Source: Ptychomitrium polyphyllum (Eukaryota). Taken from it: 64,000 bases of DNA. A model generated the notes under the pieces. The model was given only the letters and a program-made list of their open reading frames with translations. It did not search any database and was not told the origin of the DNA. The stretch's first letter is position 1, and the number at the start of each line of letters is the position of its first letter. This document shows positions 39,920-53,501 of this stretch, in pieces. The DNA lies in assembly GCA_973851085.1 (NCBI GenBank), contig OZ316775.1, positions 2,790,001-2,854,000 on the forward strand, in the 5' to 3' direction. The position numbers and the translations under genes were made by a program.

Positions 39920-42487
39920 TCATTTGATGTGATCTAAAACCACGATGGCCCTTTTTTCCGAACTCGTGCCGGTAGCAACACATCTTAAAATCTTCTCTGT
40001 ACATCCCCGTAACTTGGCAGTGCTTGTGTTGGTTTCAAGCTTCACTGCAAAAACAATCTTTATTATACGTGTGCAATGAAATGTTTTATTGTTTACCGTG
40101 TTGCATTCTGGCAGTAGACCAAATTTGAAATTCCTGTTACACGTCAATTGTAGGGCATACTTGGCAATGTCGATAAAGAGAATTTTTGATGACTTGGTCG
40201 ACCGAAATCTTCACTACTGCATGCAAATTATTGTAATAATCTGTATTCGGTCTGTCAGCAATGGAATTGAAGGTATGATTAGGCCAGATATGCGAGAGAG
40301 ATACGTACGCCATGTCAACATCGGAAAGACGCACTTATCCGTGGGCATGCCTAGCACATATGCAGCAGCCTTTGATTTACAACACATACAAATGGTTAAG
40401 TTCTATCCTGAAATCATGAATCTGTTCTTGGGCGAAAGAAAACATATTGGGGAATCTCTACTTGCTTGGATTTAACAGAAAAGAAGGTTAAGACCAGTTT
40501 ACCAGGATTGAAGCACCAGCTACTTCAACAGGTGTCTCCTTTATAATTTCGTCGTTGCACAAGTACAAAAGGTCAAGTATTGCTAAACAGAGCTTTAACG
40601 AAACGTTTATATCCACCTCTGCCGACTTCTGGCTGCTTGGAAACACGTACAAGATCGTGAGGCTACGAGACATGTTGCCAGGCGTATCTAAAAACATAAA
40701 TCGAGGCAATTTTGTGAGTTTGGAATCATGTGCCCTGAATTACCCTAACCTGAACTTCTCGAGAAGCTCTTCAATGTATGTGCTTACAAGAGGTCCTGTG
40801 CTAAGGTTATAGCCGACGGCCTGCACGTGCATTAGATAGACATATAAAAGGGTTTCATGTTAAAAAAGCCTAGTAAGTACTGCTTTACCAGTTATTACCA
40901 GCCTGAAGAAGTATCGCATGATGTTATAGGTTAACCTTCCTCCATTAACCTTTCTACTGGCCTGCACGTAACATTATGGTAGGTTAAGCTACAACTAGGT
41001 TTCATAAATGTTCTAGGGGCACACCTGCATAAATTTCACTTCCTGCAAGAAAGAAAGCCAACGCGAACACACTCAGTATGTGTACCAAAATCAATCATCT
41101 TTTTTTTCAGACTTTAGCTGTCAGAGTCGACGAATTGAAAATTCAGGGGGGGCTCAATGGATACAGAAAAAGAAACCACAGGCAGATACTACTGCATAAA
41201 GAATAAGGTTCGCTTAAGCTGTATCTGTTAAAGAAGTGTTAGAGCAACAGAGCATTGAACATTTGTTCTCGAATGTTAGAAAATTTCGCAAGGAAACGAA
41301 TCACATATTTTGCTTGTTCACAGCATAGAACAGTTTAATCGCACAAAGATTGTGCAACTCTGGAACTGTTAAGGCGTCACTGAGCTTTGTACAGGCAACA
41401 AGAAAAGCCTTCAAGTGAAATGTGAATTCCTAACAATGAATGAGCAACTGACCGCATTTATTAAGTCTCTTCTCGTGTAGTAATGGTCTGTAATAATTCT
41501 TTTAGCGAGATTCTGAAGTTTTCTGATCGAAATTGGTGGCGTTTCATGTAACTGCTTGACACAGTTTGAATGTCACAGTTCGTCAATTTCAGTGTGGACA
41601 AATATCACGACAGGTAGACTCCCCCGAAAGCATTGAAATGGCGATTTCCAAGTCATCAAGTCATTTCAGGATTTTAATCAAACTCCAACACCTCTCCAAT
41701 GACTAGGCAGCAAAGGCTTACAAACTTATAATACGATTTGGAACATGACAAAATTTCAATTACCTTGCTCGCGATCCAGAGGCAGAGAAGGCTGTTGAAC
41801 TGAATATCAATTTCTTCCGGAAAGCCTTGCGGTAGACTAATGCGCGTGGACAAACAGAAAAAATCAGCAATACATCCTGAAGCATGCTCGAATTGCAGAT
41901 GCAACATAACATTCGTTCCGCTATTACCTCTCAAGATACGGCAAGTATCGCATATGAAAGAAAAGCACTGCGCAATACTTCGTCATGCTCTGCGGCTTGA
42001 ATCTCTGCGTACGCGAAGGAGCATGTCTTAGAAGCTCTGTCCACACAAATTCTTGTAAGCGCTCAACACTACGCTTGTTTGAAATCACTCACACAGCCAA
42101 AACAAAACTCCAATGAACCAGAAATTAGAACGCAAGAATTAGAAACCTCGGCACTTACCAATTTCGAAACGGCATAGAGAAGAAATGCGACAAAGCAACG
42201 ACGTTGCGCACTCGAAAACCGCATATTGAGCAACTATGGAAGTCGGTTGGTCAGCCGGCGGCAATGATCGGCGAGAAGAAATATACGGACTAACAAGGCG
42301 TCCACACTCTAAAAAAGAGTTTCAGCAAGCAAGCACAAGGAAAGTGCACAGCGAGCAGCAGGAGTGATGTCAACACAGCTCGAAAGTAATGGTGCGCATC
42401 ATCACCTCCACCATGCTCCGGCTTTACAATGCATGGCAAGCACACGGGCTTGAAGCTCCTTCCATAAACTTTTGCACAAGTTTGCAT
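39920..42487 (-). CDS. CYCJ18: Cyclin J18-like protein (~305 aa); exons 42487-42406, 42308-42159, 42036-41928, 41836-41764, 41551-41453, 41042-41025, 40820-40750, 40632-40503, 40369-40309, 40044-39920
   Basis: All nine introns are GT-AG and phase-compatible (918 nt). Product includes TKYCAVLFFHMRYLP, LLCLWIASKLHETPPIS (cyclin-box helix), RDLINAEVKFMQAVGY, CLAILDLLY, ASILAAAYVLGMP, FPMLTWLK, colinear with plant CYCJ18 as recalled. Exons 1-2 and the start codon are less certain. Confidence 0.82.
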
Positions 42488-42848
42488 CGTCAGCTTATGC
42501 TTCAAGCTTGCGCTCTAAACTTGAACTTGAGCTCTAAACTGGACGTTCAGGACCGCTTCACAACAAACCTCGCCTGCGAATTTCCCCAGTATCGTCAGGG
42601 TATGTACCGGGTATAGCTTGATTATCGAACAAGTGCCGCCTCAGCTTTACGTAGGTATCGATTGAAAAGTGAACGAGGTAGAATTCCCCGGCATGTGTTC
42701 GTATGTGCTTCCCTGACGTTAAATTAAATGAGTCCTGGGACGTTCACTTTCAGCTGGTACCTAGATAATAGTTACCTGATACGTAGATGATACTGATTGA
42801 TGATACTGAGTCCAATGTGTTCTAGATCTCGTCCACTGTTCTGTACGT

Positions 42849-43222
42849 CTATCTAAGGTTCCCTGATTCCCCTCCGAGGTCCTCTGTTTCCGTCCAAGGC
42901 TCTCTACTTCGTGTCCAAAGGACATGCTCTCTTAAACCGTTACTATACCAAAAACCGACTATAAACACTATTTCATGGAATTCAGGAATCAACTATACAT
43001 TTCAAGTAGATTATCTCGATTTTGGGTACAGTGACGGTTTTAGACCTGTATCCCTTATTCTGTGTTCCCGTCGAAGGCTCTCTATTTCCTATCCTAGATT
43101 CCCTGCATCTCTGCGTCCCCTCCAAGGCTCGTTGTTTCTGGTAAAAGGATTTGCTGTTTATCGTCCGAGCATAGTTTCTTCTCGTCCAATATTCGTTTTT
43201 TTCGTCCAAGAATCTCTCCTTC
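42849..43222. repeat. Degenerate ~20-bp repeats (consensus about CGTCCAAGGCTCTCTNTTTC) between the divergent cyclin and SET genes
   Basis: Copies at about 42849, 42871, 42891, 43069, 43119 and 43203. Confidence 0.55.
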
Positions 43223-43545
43223 TCGCCCACTGTTGTGGTGTTTTTCATTCGCTGCGGGAGGCTGAGAGAGTGGATAGCGTTGCGTCTCTTTCTTGCAGCT
43301 CGGAGAGCTCATCTGCTGCTCGCTCTGAGACCGATTTTAATTGCTTCGTGTTTCGGTTTTATTTCTTATCAGCCGCGACTGATGGACTACTAGGTTGTTG
43401 CTTGCGGTGGCCTTTGTCGCAATCTCCGAAAGAAAATGTTTCGGGAGATCTCTCTACCGCTGCGCGCAGTTTCTCTCTTGTTGTAGGTTTATGCAGTCGA
43501 GGTTTTCGCCGTCTCGCGCAATTTTGGCTCGAGCAGGCGGCCGCG

Positions 43546-46500
43546 ATGTCAGCCTCGGCGGCGGGAATCAGTTACGGCAGTGCGAGTCTGCAGTCGGGAA
43601 TAGGTGGCCATGGAGCGCCGTGTTGCTGTCCCGCTAGGTCTTCCTCTTCGTCGGCCGTGAGGTTAGGCTCTGGGAGGAATCTGTGTCCGCCGAGGTTCCG
43701 TGTGCAGAGGCGGACCACGAGTAGCGTCAAACGCGGTGCGCGAGTTCGGAATACGCTGACGACGGATGTGTACCAGCAGGATGAGCACGACATTGTGCAG
43801 AGTAGGAAGGAGGAGCACGAGAGCGGGATCGATTTGAAGCAGTGGATGCACGAGCAAGGGTTGCCGGAGTGTAAAGTAGCGTTGGCGGAGCATCGGCCGT
43901 GGGAGGGTGACAAAGGAAGGCCTATACATTACGTCGTGGCCAACCAAGATTTGCAGGTAGCTGGAATTTTCACTTCGAGGCATGCATGGGTTTGCGCTTC
44001 ACAGTCTTGTCACGCTCCGGAGTTATTGAACGTAAAAGAATCTGGAAATATAGCGGCAAGCAGTGTATAGAATTCAGTAATGTAGAAGTTGTATTGGAGT
44101 TTTTTCGTGTTCTCAGTTCAATTCCCTTTGAGGAGCTCTTGGCTTACATCATCGTTTGTTTCTTGGTGTGACTGGTTACAGCCTGGCGAAGTCGCATTGA
44201 CCGTTCCCAAGTCCCTTGTCGTCACATTGGAGAAGGTTCTAGGCGACGAGACTATAGGTATGGTCATCTTCGTGGTCCCTTGTTCCGTTGCTTGAATAGT
44301 GCGAGCCTCTTAAGATGATATTGGTGACTAACATCTCTAAGTGGCTTAAGGATTCTGAAGGATTATGTAATTTTGGCTTTTCATGGCGATCCATACTTTT
44401 GAAGTTTTGTAGCTCCTGGTTTTTTAGGGATACATCTGCGCTTGTTGCATCGAAAACTGTACCTATGCAATGATAGACATTAGGATTTGTAACATTTTGA
44501 GTTGAGGAAGTGTAGTAGATCATAGCAATGGGCTGTGGAGGTCTCGGTAATTTCTAGTCGTGCTTGCGCATGATCGCTCACCTCTTGGCTCACGCGTGTT
44601 GATAATGAAAGGTTTCTGATCGCTCCTCGTTATGATATAAGGCTAGCTTCAGTGACCATTACTGTCCATTTCATTTTCTGTGACTCACGGAATGAGTCTT
44701 TTGTTTTTGAACTCTCTGCAGCTGAATTACTTACAACAAACAAGCTCTCCGAACTCGCTTGTCTAGCTCTTTATCTTATGTATGAGAAGAAGCAAGGAAA
44801 GGAATCGTACTGGTACCCATACATCCGTGAACTCGACAGGCAAAGAGGACGTGGACAGCTTGCTGTGGAGTCGCCATTGCTCTGGTCTCGAGAAGAGCTA
44901 AATGAGTATTTCCAAGGAAGCACTATGAAGGTTTTACCTACCTGTGCACACTTAGATGTTTCTGCAAGTTTTACCCTCATGAGAAGAAACGGTTGTCATA
45001 ATTCTAGGCAAATACACGAATCATTCAGTAATATAATCACCCTGGTAACATTACGACTGAATCTAGTGGTATAAAGCACGCATTAGAGGATTGTGGTTAT
45101 TTCTTTCTTACGAGTGACAAGGAAGGAGTGGTAGCAGTATATTCGTTTCTTGTTGAGCTATCCACTCAGCACAGCAAGAGGAAGATTGTCGTACTCTCCC
45201 TTTCGTTATTCTTGTGCTTAAGTATTTGTAGCTGCTTTGTTCTTACACTTTCTGTGATATTTTCTCTTGGATTCTACAGGAAGTTGTATTGGAGAGATTG
45301 GCAGGTATTAAACGAGAATACGAAGAGCTTGACACAGTATGGTTCATGGCTGGTTCCTTATTCAAGGTATTGTGGTCACTAACATTTCATTTAACATGAA
45401 ATTGAGATGCACGTTCCACTTTGACGAGATTTTGTGCAGGGGATGATTGGTAAAGATTTCACTTCTGATTTTACTAACCGCGGTGGCCTGACTCTGTAAA
45501 CAGCAATATCCCTTCGACTTACCAACAGAGGCATTCTCATTTGATATATTCAAGCAGGCCTTTGTAGCTGTGCAGTCCTGCGTTGTTCATCTCCAGGTAT
45601 TGCTTGCTAAGACAAGGTCGCTATCACACTGAGCCATTGTGCTCAGAAAGATTCTATGTATCAATGCACAGTTTAACAATTTTTATTGAATGTGCTTGCT
45701 TTCCTGGGGAGAGTTATTGCTTGCTTCATCTTTCTGCAGTTATGCTTTGTGCTAAATGTATTGTAGTGTTTCAATTTCTATATCAGGATAGGCAAAGCTA
45801 GTTGATTGCTAAGCTTCATTTTGATGTCATAGGACATTTTCTGATACCTTAAAGTTTAGGACTATTGGTGGCGTGTTGAAGTATACAAGTAATGAAAGAC
45901 CATACATTTTGAAAGTAGAACACCCCCGCCGTATCGTTATGGTTTATGGTATTGGTTTTGCATACATGTTCTGTCAGGCTGCTACTTTTGTGTCTGGAAG
46001 CCTCAGAATACAGTTGTATGCGTATTATGTTACTTAGTCTTCTGGGTTCCAGTTATAGTACTCCAAGCTATGTATGTAAACTTAAAGATCGGATTGTAGT
46101 AGTCTCGGCTGATCAAGTTTTTAACGCTTAAGTTATTTTGTGAAGGGAGTAAGTCTCGCAAGACGCTTTGCATTGGTTCCGTTGGGTCCCCCACTTCTAG
46201 CGTACAAGAGCAACTGTAAAGCGATGTTGAAGGCTATTGGTGAAAATGTACAGCTAGAAGTTGATCGTTCTTACAAAGCTGGTGATCCTATATCTGTGTG
46301 GTATGTCTTTAAGCCCTCATCTTACGAAAATGATACCCGTGAATTATATCATGCATATCAGTGTGCTGTTCCTTCTGAACTATAATTTGGTAACAATTTG
46401 GAAATGATTGCGTAGCGTAGATACCTTCTTGGTTAACAAGTTTAAGAGTGGTGCAACAGGTGTGGTCCACAGCCAAACTCTAGGTTATTGCTGAACTACG

Positions 46501-47750
46501 GGTTTGTAGACGAAGATAATCCTTATGACCGACTTGCGGTTGAGGTATTACCCATTCACTTATTCTCAATGGGTAGTAACTAAAATTGTTTTTAACCTGC
46601 TTATATGATGATTTCGTTCACCTTATTTGTTTTCGTGCAAGCTTTTTATTAGATTTTTCTGAAATGCAATTAAGGCTCTGAATTGATACATATTGACGAC
46701 ACTCTGCAGGCTTCATTGGATATGGAGGATCCTCTTTATCAGCAAAAGAGGGCTATCGTGCAGAAGAACAATCGCTTGACTATACAAACTTTTCAGGTAA
46801 TTTTTTACTAATGCTTATCAACTGTTCTTTTTCTTTTTCTTCTCCTTTGACACTTTTGTGTTTTTAAACTAGACTCGTACAAAACAGTTTCATTTCTATG
46901 AATTTGTTTTAAAGATTTTAGCCTGACAAGAAGAAGTAAAAGCACCCTTGAGCCATTGTATCTTGGAGTGTACTTAAAAACCCCTTAAGGCATCATCTCT
47001 CTTTCAGTCGATTTTGACAAGCTTTTCTTGTACGTGAGATGTTCAGATATACAGGGGTAAAGAAATGGATGCCGTTATGGACATGTTACCTTACATGCGA
47101 CTTGCACATTTGTCCGACCCTGCAGAGATGGAGACTGTTTCATTTGCCCAAGGGCCTGTTTGTCCTGTAAGTTTTTCTTCAGTTGGGCAAGTATCATGTA
47201 GAGTGAAGACACAGTCTGAATTTTTTTGTGCGTGTAATGCTTCACCAAGTGTCACCTTCTGAAAATTCCTTACAGCTGGAAGAACTCGTGATAAATTTAT
47301 GATTCAATTTTGCGCAGGTGAGTGCTTGCAACGAGAGAGCTGTATTAAATCAATTAGAACAGCACTTCGAACGGCGTTTGGCAGCTTACAAATCATCTGA
47401 AATAACAGAGGTGTGCACCCTATACTAATTCATTCAACATGTTCACACAAAATCGTCGTTGCTAAAGATACTCGAATTTTATGATTGATTTTTCCAGTAA
47501 CCATGTACAGGATTGGAGTCTCTTGAACCATTCGATGAGCTTGAAGGTTTCGTCAGCTGATGCTTTGTCTGATCGTATACAGGTTGGTGATGCTAAAAAG
47601 AACGCGAAGAAACGAGTAGCAGAGAAATTGCTGTCCATTGAAAAGGACATATTAAGAAAAGCGCTGGCTGCAGTGCAGGAACTGATTAACGATCTTCCGA
47701 ATACTGCTATTTCACCTTGTGTTGGTCCATACCTGCCTAACTTGAAGTGA
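43546..47750 (+). CDS. SAFE1: Plastid-targeted SET-domain Rubisco-LSMT-family protein (At5g14260/SAFE1-like); exons 43546-43956, 44182-44257, 44722-44930, 45280-45366, 45504-45596, 46146-46280, 46460-46544, 46710-46796, 47047-47166, 47318-47410, 47583-47750
   Basis: Ser/Arg-rich transit-peptide-like N-terminus; motifs AELLTTNKLSELACLALYLMYEKKQG, LDTVWFMAGSLFQQYPFD, RRFALVPLGPPLLAY, CGPQPNSRLLLNYGFVDEDNPYD; GT-AG junctions in frame. Confidence 0.93.
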
Positions 47751-50700
47751 AAACTTTGAGAGGAGAAAGTCAAGTGTAGCATAGAAAATAGTAGCAATAC
47801 ATAGCTGACCTGGTTGTTTCCTGTTCTATGTTCGAGTGTCTCTCCTACTGTCAGGAATTTGTAAAGAAGCGCCTGAATTCCTATATTCCACACTCACATC
47901 GTCTGTAACACATTGAAACAGTAATTTCTTTTTGAAAAGCTTCCAAGATAATGCAATGCGTGCGCTAGTCAAATGAATGCAACTGTCACGACGCGTACTC
48001 AGAATTTTTTTCAAACGATTGTTTGTAAAGAATGTTAAATCTTCAAGATGTGAAGGAATCAGGGCATGACATTTATTAGCGTAGTATTCATCTTATGGAA
48101 CATAACCCATGTTACCCGAAGTGGCTGGAATGTGACTGAACTCATTCCCTGTGCAGCAGAAAGTGTGGATGGAAAAATTATTGTGGATGCGAACTGAGAA
48201 ATAAGTTAAGAGGGCCCAGGATATAGTGCTCTCCACCAGGAACATGTGGACCTGGTCTCCGCTGGCTTCCTCTTATTTCTTTTCATGAGGAGCCCATCAC
48301 TTTCATGACTCCCGGTAGGCTGAGCTGGCGAAGGCTGTAGAATTTAGGGTAATGGAAGGTCTTCAGCCGTGGGGAAAGGGGGCTTGGGATTCTCGGGATT
48401 AATAAGGAACCTGTAAGGCCTGGAAGCTGGAGTTGGGGCCCGGCGGCCAAGCACTCTGAAGGAGGAATCGGTGATTTGAAGTAAGTTTGAGAGTGGACTT
48501 AGATTTTATGCCCATGGTGTCTAAGGCGGCGAATTTTGGAGCCCTGCTAACCGGCTGCATCCGGAGCTCCATCATCGAGTACAACCTGATAAAGTCGCTG
48601 CACATTCTCCTCGAAGATGTAATTGGTATCATCAAGTCTCTGGAGTTGCAGAGTTCAAACCGGAGATGAAGACGAGCAGACGAATCATGATGCTCTACGA
48701 GGATGTTACTTTCTGCTCAAGCTCACGCTTGCAAGCTCTGTTGTCAGTCAGAAAACTCATCCACTTGGGGACCCAAGGCTCCTGAAGACTTCCTAGTTTC
48801 CGGAAGTCTGTCTAGGGAGGCTTCAAAGTGAAGGGCTGCTCGTGAACAGGAAAGAAGAGGGAACTGATGAGGACTAGGAACGGTGTATATAGTATAAGTA
48901 TAATAATGCCGTATTTTGAACCGAAACAGAGCTGTTTCGCTAACTACATGAACTCCTTGATTGATTCAAGGTCCCATCAGGACTAAAGAGACTCTCATGG
49001 CAGAAGAGGAACAGAACCTAGGCTCATGTTGTGTAATGATAGCGATAATGATCTTTCAGAGGATTTGTTGATTGTCTCTTCATGAAATGTGTATCTCTCC
49101 CTAGCAGGACGAGTTGATATACTGTATCTACACTGGATATTTGATTTGTTCAGAAAATTTGGCAGGAACTTATCTTATCTGTACAGACAGATGTTTGATT
49201 TAGGAAAGTGTACCAAAATGGCCATACAAGTTTTCATGGCATATTGGTTGACAGCTCAAACTTAATCACCATTTGGCGTAGATTTTTCTTTTTAAAACTT
49301 AAAAACTATAATGATAACTGAAGAATGTCTCTCAAAAATACAATTACAAAAAAAATGTAATCTATCTTGGTTATCACATAAAATTGCCTATTACTTTGCT
49401 CTTAACTTTTCATTCATTTAACTCTAACATCTTTTGTTGTTAATATAAAAGGAATGGAAAAATTCTTATTCATAATGGTTTTATTTTTATTTTGAACCCC
49501 TTAAAACAAGAGAATGAGGTTAAGCAAACAAAAACTCCACAACGAAGCCACAAAAAGTTACAGCAACTTTAACTCAACTAGTGTTACTCACACTAAATGA
49601 CATATTCAGCGCAGCTTGAGCTGTCCATTGACAATCAAACCAAACATATAGGCTGTCGTTCGTGGCCAAGTGACTGCGTGTCATGGAATGATGAGCCCAC
49701 AGCTATGAATCAGTTCTCTGGCATCAAATGAGCATTTTTGGGGCCCATCTGATCCAGGACCCAAGCTGCCACTTGCTGCTAGGCATGTTGGACCTTGGTA
49801 CTTGTTGATTTGGTTTCTTGAAATATGCTGACCAGGCTTCATTCCATTGAGATCCAATGAATTTCCTTGCAAATCCAGAAGTGAAGATGCCCTACCGTAT
49901 AATACTCATATAAGTTTTATCATAGGCTGTTTCTGAGCCAGTGGGCCCTCATGCCTGCCTCTCCCCGGGTCTCCGACAACCACCGCTAAATAAGCGAGCC
50001 TGCCAAGCTTCAAAGATTTGGATAAGTCAAGTTTCTCTCATCTATGCTGCATGAAGGGGCTCGGTCTAGAGTTACAAACATGTACCCACGGTGAACATGT
50101 TGACAAGTTCTCAGTCACTACTGCAGTGGAATGCTGAGTGGACGATTAGAATTTTGAATACGAAGTAAGTAAGAAACTTTGACAGTAGAGTTTTTCAGAA
50201 GCCAGCACAAAGAGGAGTATTTCACAAATATATGATGAAGTTTTCTTTTTTTTGAAGGAAAAACAACTTATGATTAATTGACGCATCTAAAACAAGGTTT
50301 GTGTCACTGGTCTCCATTTTTTTTGAAGTCCACATCTTTTTACAAAACTTTGTATTTAGAGTGTACAGAGGGACAATTATTAATTGCATATCACAAGTTA
50401 CTACAACACCAAAGTATAGAGTAAAATAGAGACTAAAAGTTGGACAAAATAAGACAAAAGTGAGGTTTTTTGGATAACTGTATTGTTACAATGCTTTCTA
50501 GGTAATACTTTGTTTCCGACATTTTTATTTAAAATACAAATATCCTTTCATGCTTTAAAAACTTGGATTTTTTTACTTCATGATATCATTCTTTTTGAAG
50601 TGTCATGAACGTAAATATAGGTAAGATATGGAAATCTCAATTGCACAATTTTGTAGTATACTTGTAATACATGATGCAAGTGAAATTGGAAATTATAAAG

Positions 50701-51242
50701 CCACATTGATTTACAAGATCACGTAGTTCTAGTTTTAAAAATTAAGTCTAGAATTTTTGGACAAAATAATGCTTTCCAATATCAAAAAATGTTCCATATT
50801 TAATAAACTCATTGGTATCTAAAATTAAACATTGTTGTTTTAAAATGCTTGGCAAATTTTCCAACATCTTAAATTGATATAATTGTTAATTACAACAAAC
50901 AGATTTGATTTTGAGTTCATTGCATAAATATTGTGAAATTTTATTTAAAATGAAGGAAAATTTTTGTTCAAAGTTTCAATCATCTAATATCACAAATATT
51001 ATAAGTTGAGCCATTAGGAATTAAATAATGTTTTGTTTGAATAGACATATAATTGTTAAGATTTTTTAACAATTTATATTTTCAAAGAAAAATTTTAAAC
51101 TATTTCCATTATTGTATGAAATTACAAACCAACCATTTAAAAACAAAAATCTAAAAAGCTTACAAATGAAGTTGAGCTTTTTTTATTAGATTTTAATATT
51201 TGGTCTTTATAATTAAATATTAATGTAAAGAATCTTCATTTG

Positions 51243-51510
51243 TGACTTCTTATATGCTAGATTTTAGTACCTGTTCAGTTAAAAACATATTTGTCATCTA
51301 GCCATGACTTCTTATGTACTAAATTTACAAACTTTGTTTAGATAAAAACATGTTTGTCACTTGACATTGATTTATTATGTACTTGGCTGTAGTACCTCGT
51401 CCTTGAAGAAATATATCTATCACTTGCATCTTATCATGGAACAGTCTAATCAATGACTTTCTATATTGCTAGATTCTAGTACCAAATCTCATCAAACATA
51501 ACTATCACTT
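51243..51510. repeat. Degenerate ~62-bp tandem repeat, 3-4 copies
   Basis: Units begin TGACTTCTTATATGCTAGATTTTAGTACC (51243), TGACTTCTTATGTACTAAA (~51305), TGATTTATTATGTACT...AGTACC (~51368), TGACTTTCTATATTGCTAGATTCTAGTACC (~51454), each followed by a TCA(C/T)-containing motif. Confidence 0.65.
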
Positions 51511-51579
51511 ACTGGCCTGTCATCATTCAACATATGAGTGTCATTCATTGACCTATTATCATCAAATAGTATATGCAAT

Positions 51580-51591
51580 GATATATATATG

Positions 51592-51634
<43 letters not shown>
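51580..51634. repeat. (AT)n microsatellite
   Basis: Long TA dinucleotide run with two GT interruptions. Confidence 0.95.
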
Positions 51635-51636
<2 letters not shown>

Positions 51637-53454
51637 TTTTAGTACCAAATCTTTAAATATGTTAAGAACTTTATTGTACATTTAAAGTTGATAAAATTAC
51701 ATTTGTAGTGATTTTAAATTATAAACATAATACAATACGTTGTTATACATCATAATTCAATGATTTACAATGTTGTAAAATACAAACAATGCATAACAAT
51801 ATATCTAATCGTTTGGGCACTTAATTTTTAGCATCAACAAGAATCCACAATTGTATGATAAATTTGAAATGAAATTTGGAAGAACTCTTTTAAGATACTT
51901 CTTTAAAATAATTAAAAAATCATTACGTTTGTATGGAATATCACATGTAGTAAGATTGGAAAAATCATGACAATTCTTTGGGTTATATATTCTACAAGTT
52001 TATAAAGGTTGTGTAATGCTACTTAGAACCATTAGAGTTAAATTCATTTAAATTGGTTGCTTGTGAATTATGCCATGCTTGCATTCAAAAATGTATTTTT
52101 TTTTCTTGAGATAAGTATTTTCCAATTGCAAAGATCTTAACAGTATATTTCCTCTGCTTTCCATCAGATTTCAAGGCAAACTACATGTGTTTTGGAGATA
52201 AACTACATGCGTTTCTTACATATTCATTGCACAAAACCATCTATGGAAGCAAGTTAAGAATTGAACTTGAAGTTTGACAAGGAGATCAAACACCCAGTCA
52301 AGTTTGCACCCGGTTTGGATCGAAGAGAGAAACGAAATCCCTGGCCCCACTGCTGCACCAAATAACCCCCACACTTATATGCAGTGGAGGTACTACATAC
52401 GTAAACCTCCCCCAAAACCCCCCATACCCAAAATCCACAGCCTGCCTAGATACCGTTCAGTTCTATTCTGGATCCCACCTCAGAAGCCAGCATCGGAGCT
52501 TGCTTCCGTACCAGGGCGTGGAACCAAAGCACCCCCTTACTGCCCAAATTGCACCTCACACACCTGTACCCCCCACAAACATCCCAGGACCACGGTGGCA
52601 GCCATTCAAACTCCCAACCCCCATAAGACCTCTGCTTAACACACGATGGGCTCCACCACAACCACGCACCCCAGTGGCATTGCAGCAGAAAAAGGCGCCC
52701 TGCACTCACCAATACTACACCACCAAAGTACTACAGTGACTTGCAACCTGACTCACTTGACGCCTGCTCAAAAGGGGATAATTAGTGGTGACCGGCCCCT
52801 TCAGCGGGCACCCAGCCCTATACTAAAGAAAGGAAAGGGGATTTTTTTTAATCTCTCAGAGGCTCCCAAAAATAAACCCCATCTTAACAATCAAAACTCC
52901 CCTTCTTACTTGCCACTGTCACCAACAACACCATCAAAGCTATGATAACATTAAACGCATTTGTCCTGGTACACGCCTCACAGCAGCCCACATTCCGCTG
53001 TGTCCTGGTTGGGTCGCTTCCCTGCGGTACCCGCGCCTCGCTTTTGCTTTTTCAGTTATCATGTTGGCGCTGCGATACTTTTGTTGGACTGCCGCAGCTC
53101 CCCCTTGTCCTGCTGCTGTTGGTTGCTGGCTTTGCCATTTTTCCCCTTTTTAGTCCCCTTGCGGAGGAGTGAGTCCATCCTGGTCCCACCTACAAGAGTG
53201 AGTTCATTCTAAATTTATTTTCATTGTTTGGTTTTTATTTTTAGTTGTTATTATTATCATTTTTTTGTTGTTCCTTTTCATGCGCTCAGTCAGTGAACTT
53301 TGTTGGACGCTCTCGCCGTGGGCTTCCTTTATATTCACCAAAAGGATACCATTCTCAGTTGGGTTGGGTTCCTTTGTTGGTAGTCGTCGCGCTTGCCTGC
53401 CTGCTCTGCTTTGCTGCTCACTACTGGCTGCTGTTTGGTGCGGACCACCTCACA

Positions 53455-53468
53455 GTCACTCACTCACT

Positions 53469-53501
<33 letters not shown>

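Noticed and set aside
40096..40160. Alternative cyclin exon YALQLTCNRNFKFGLLPE
   Set aside because: Exon 40369-40309 (AAAYVLGMP...FPMLTW) fits phase and family pattern better.
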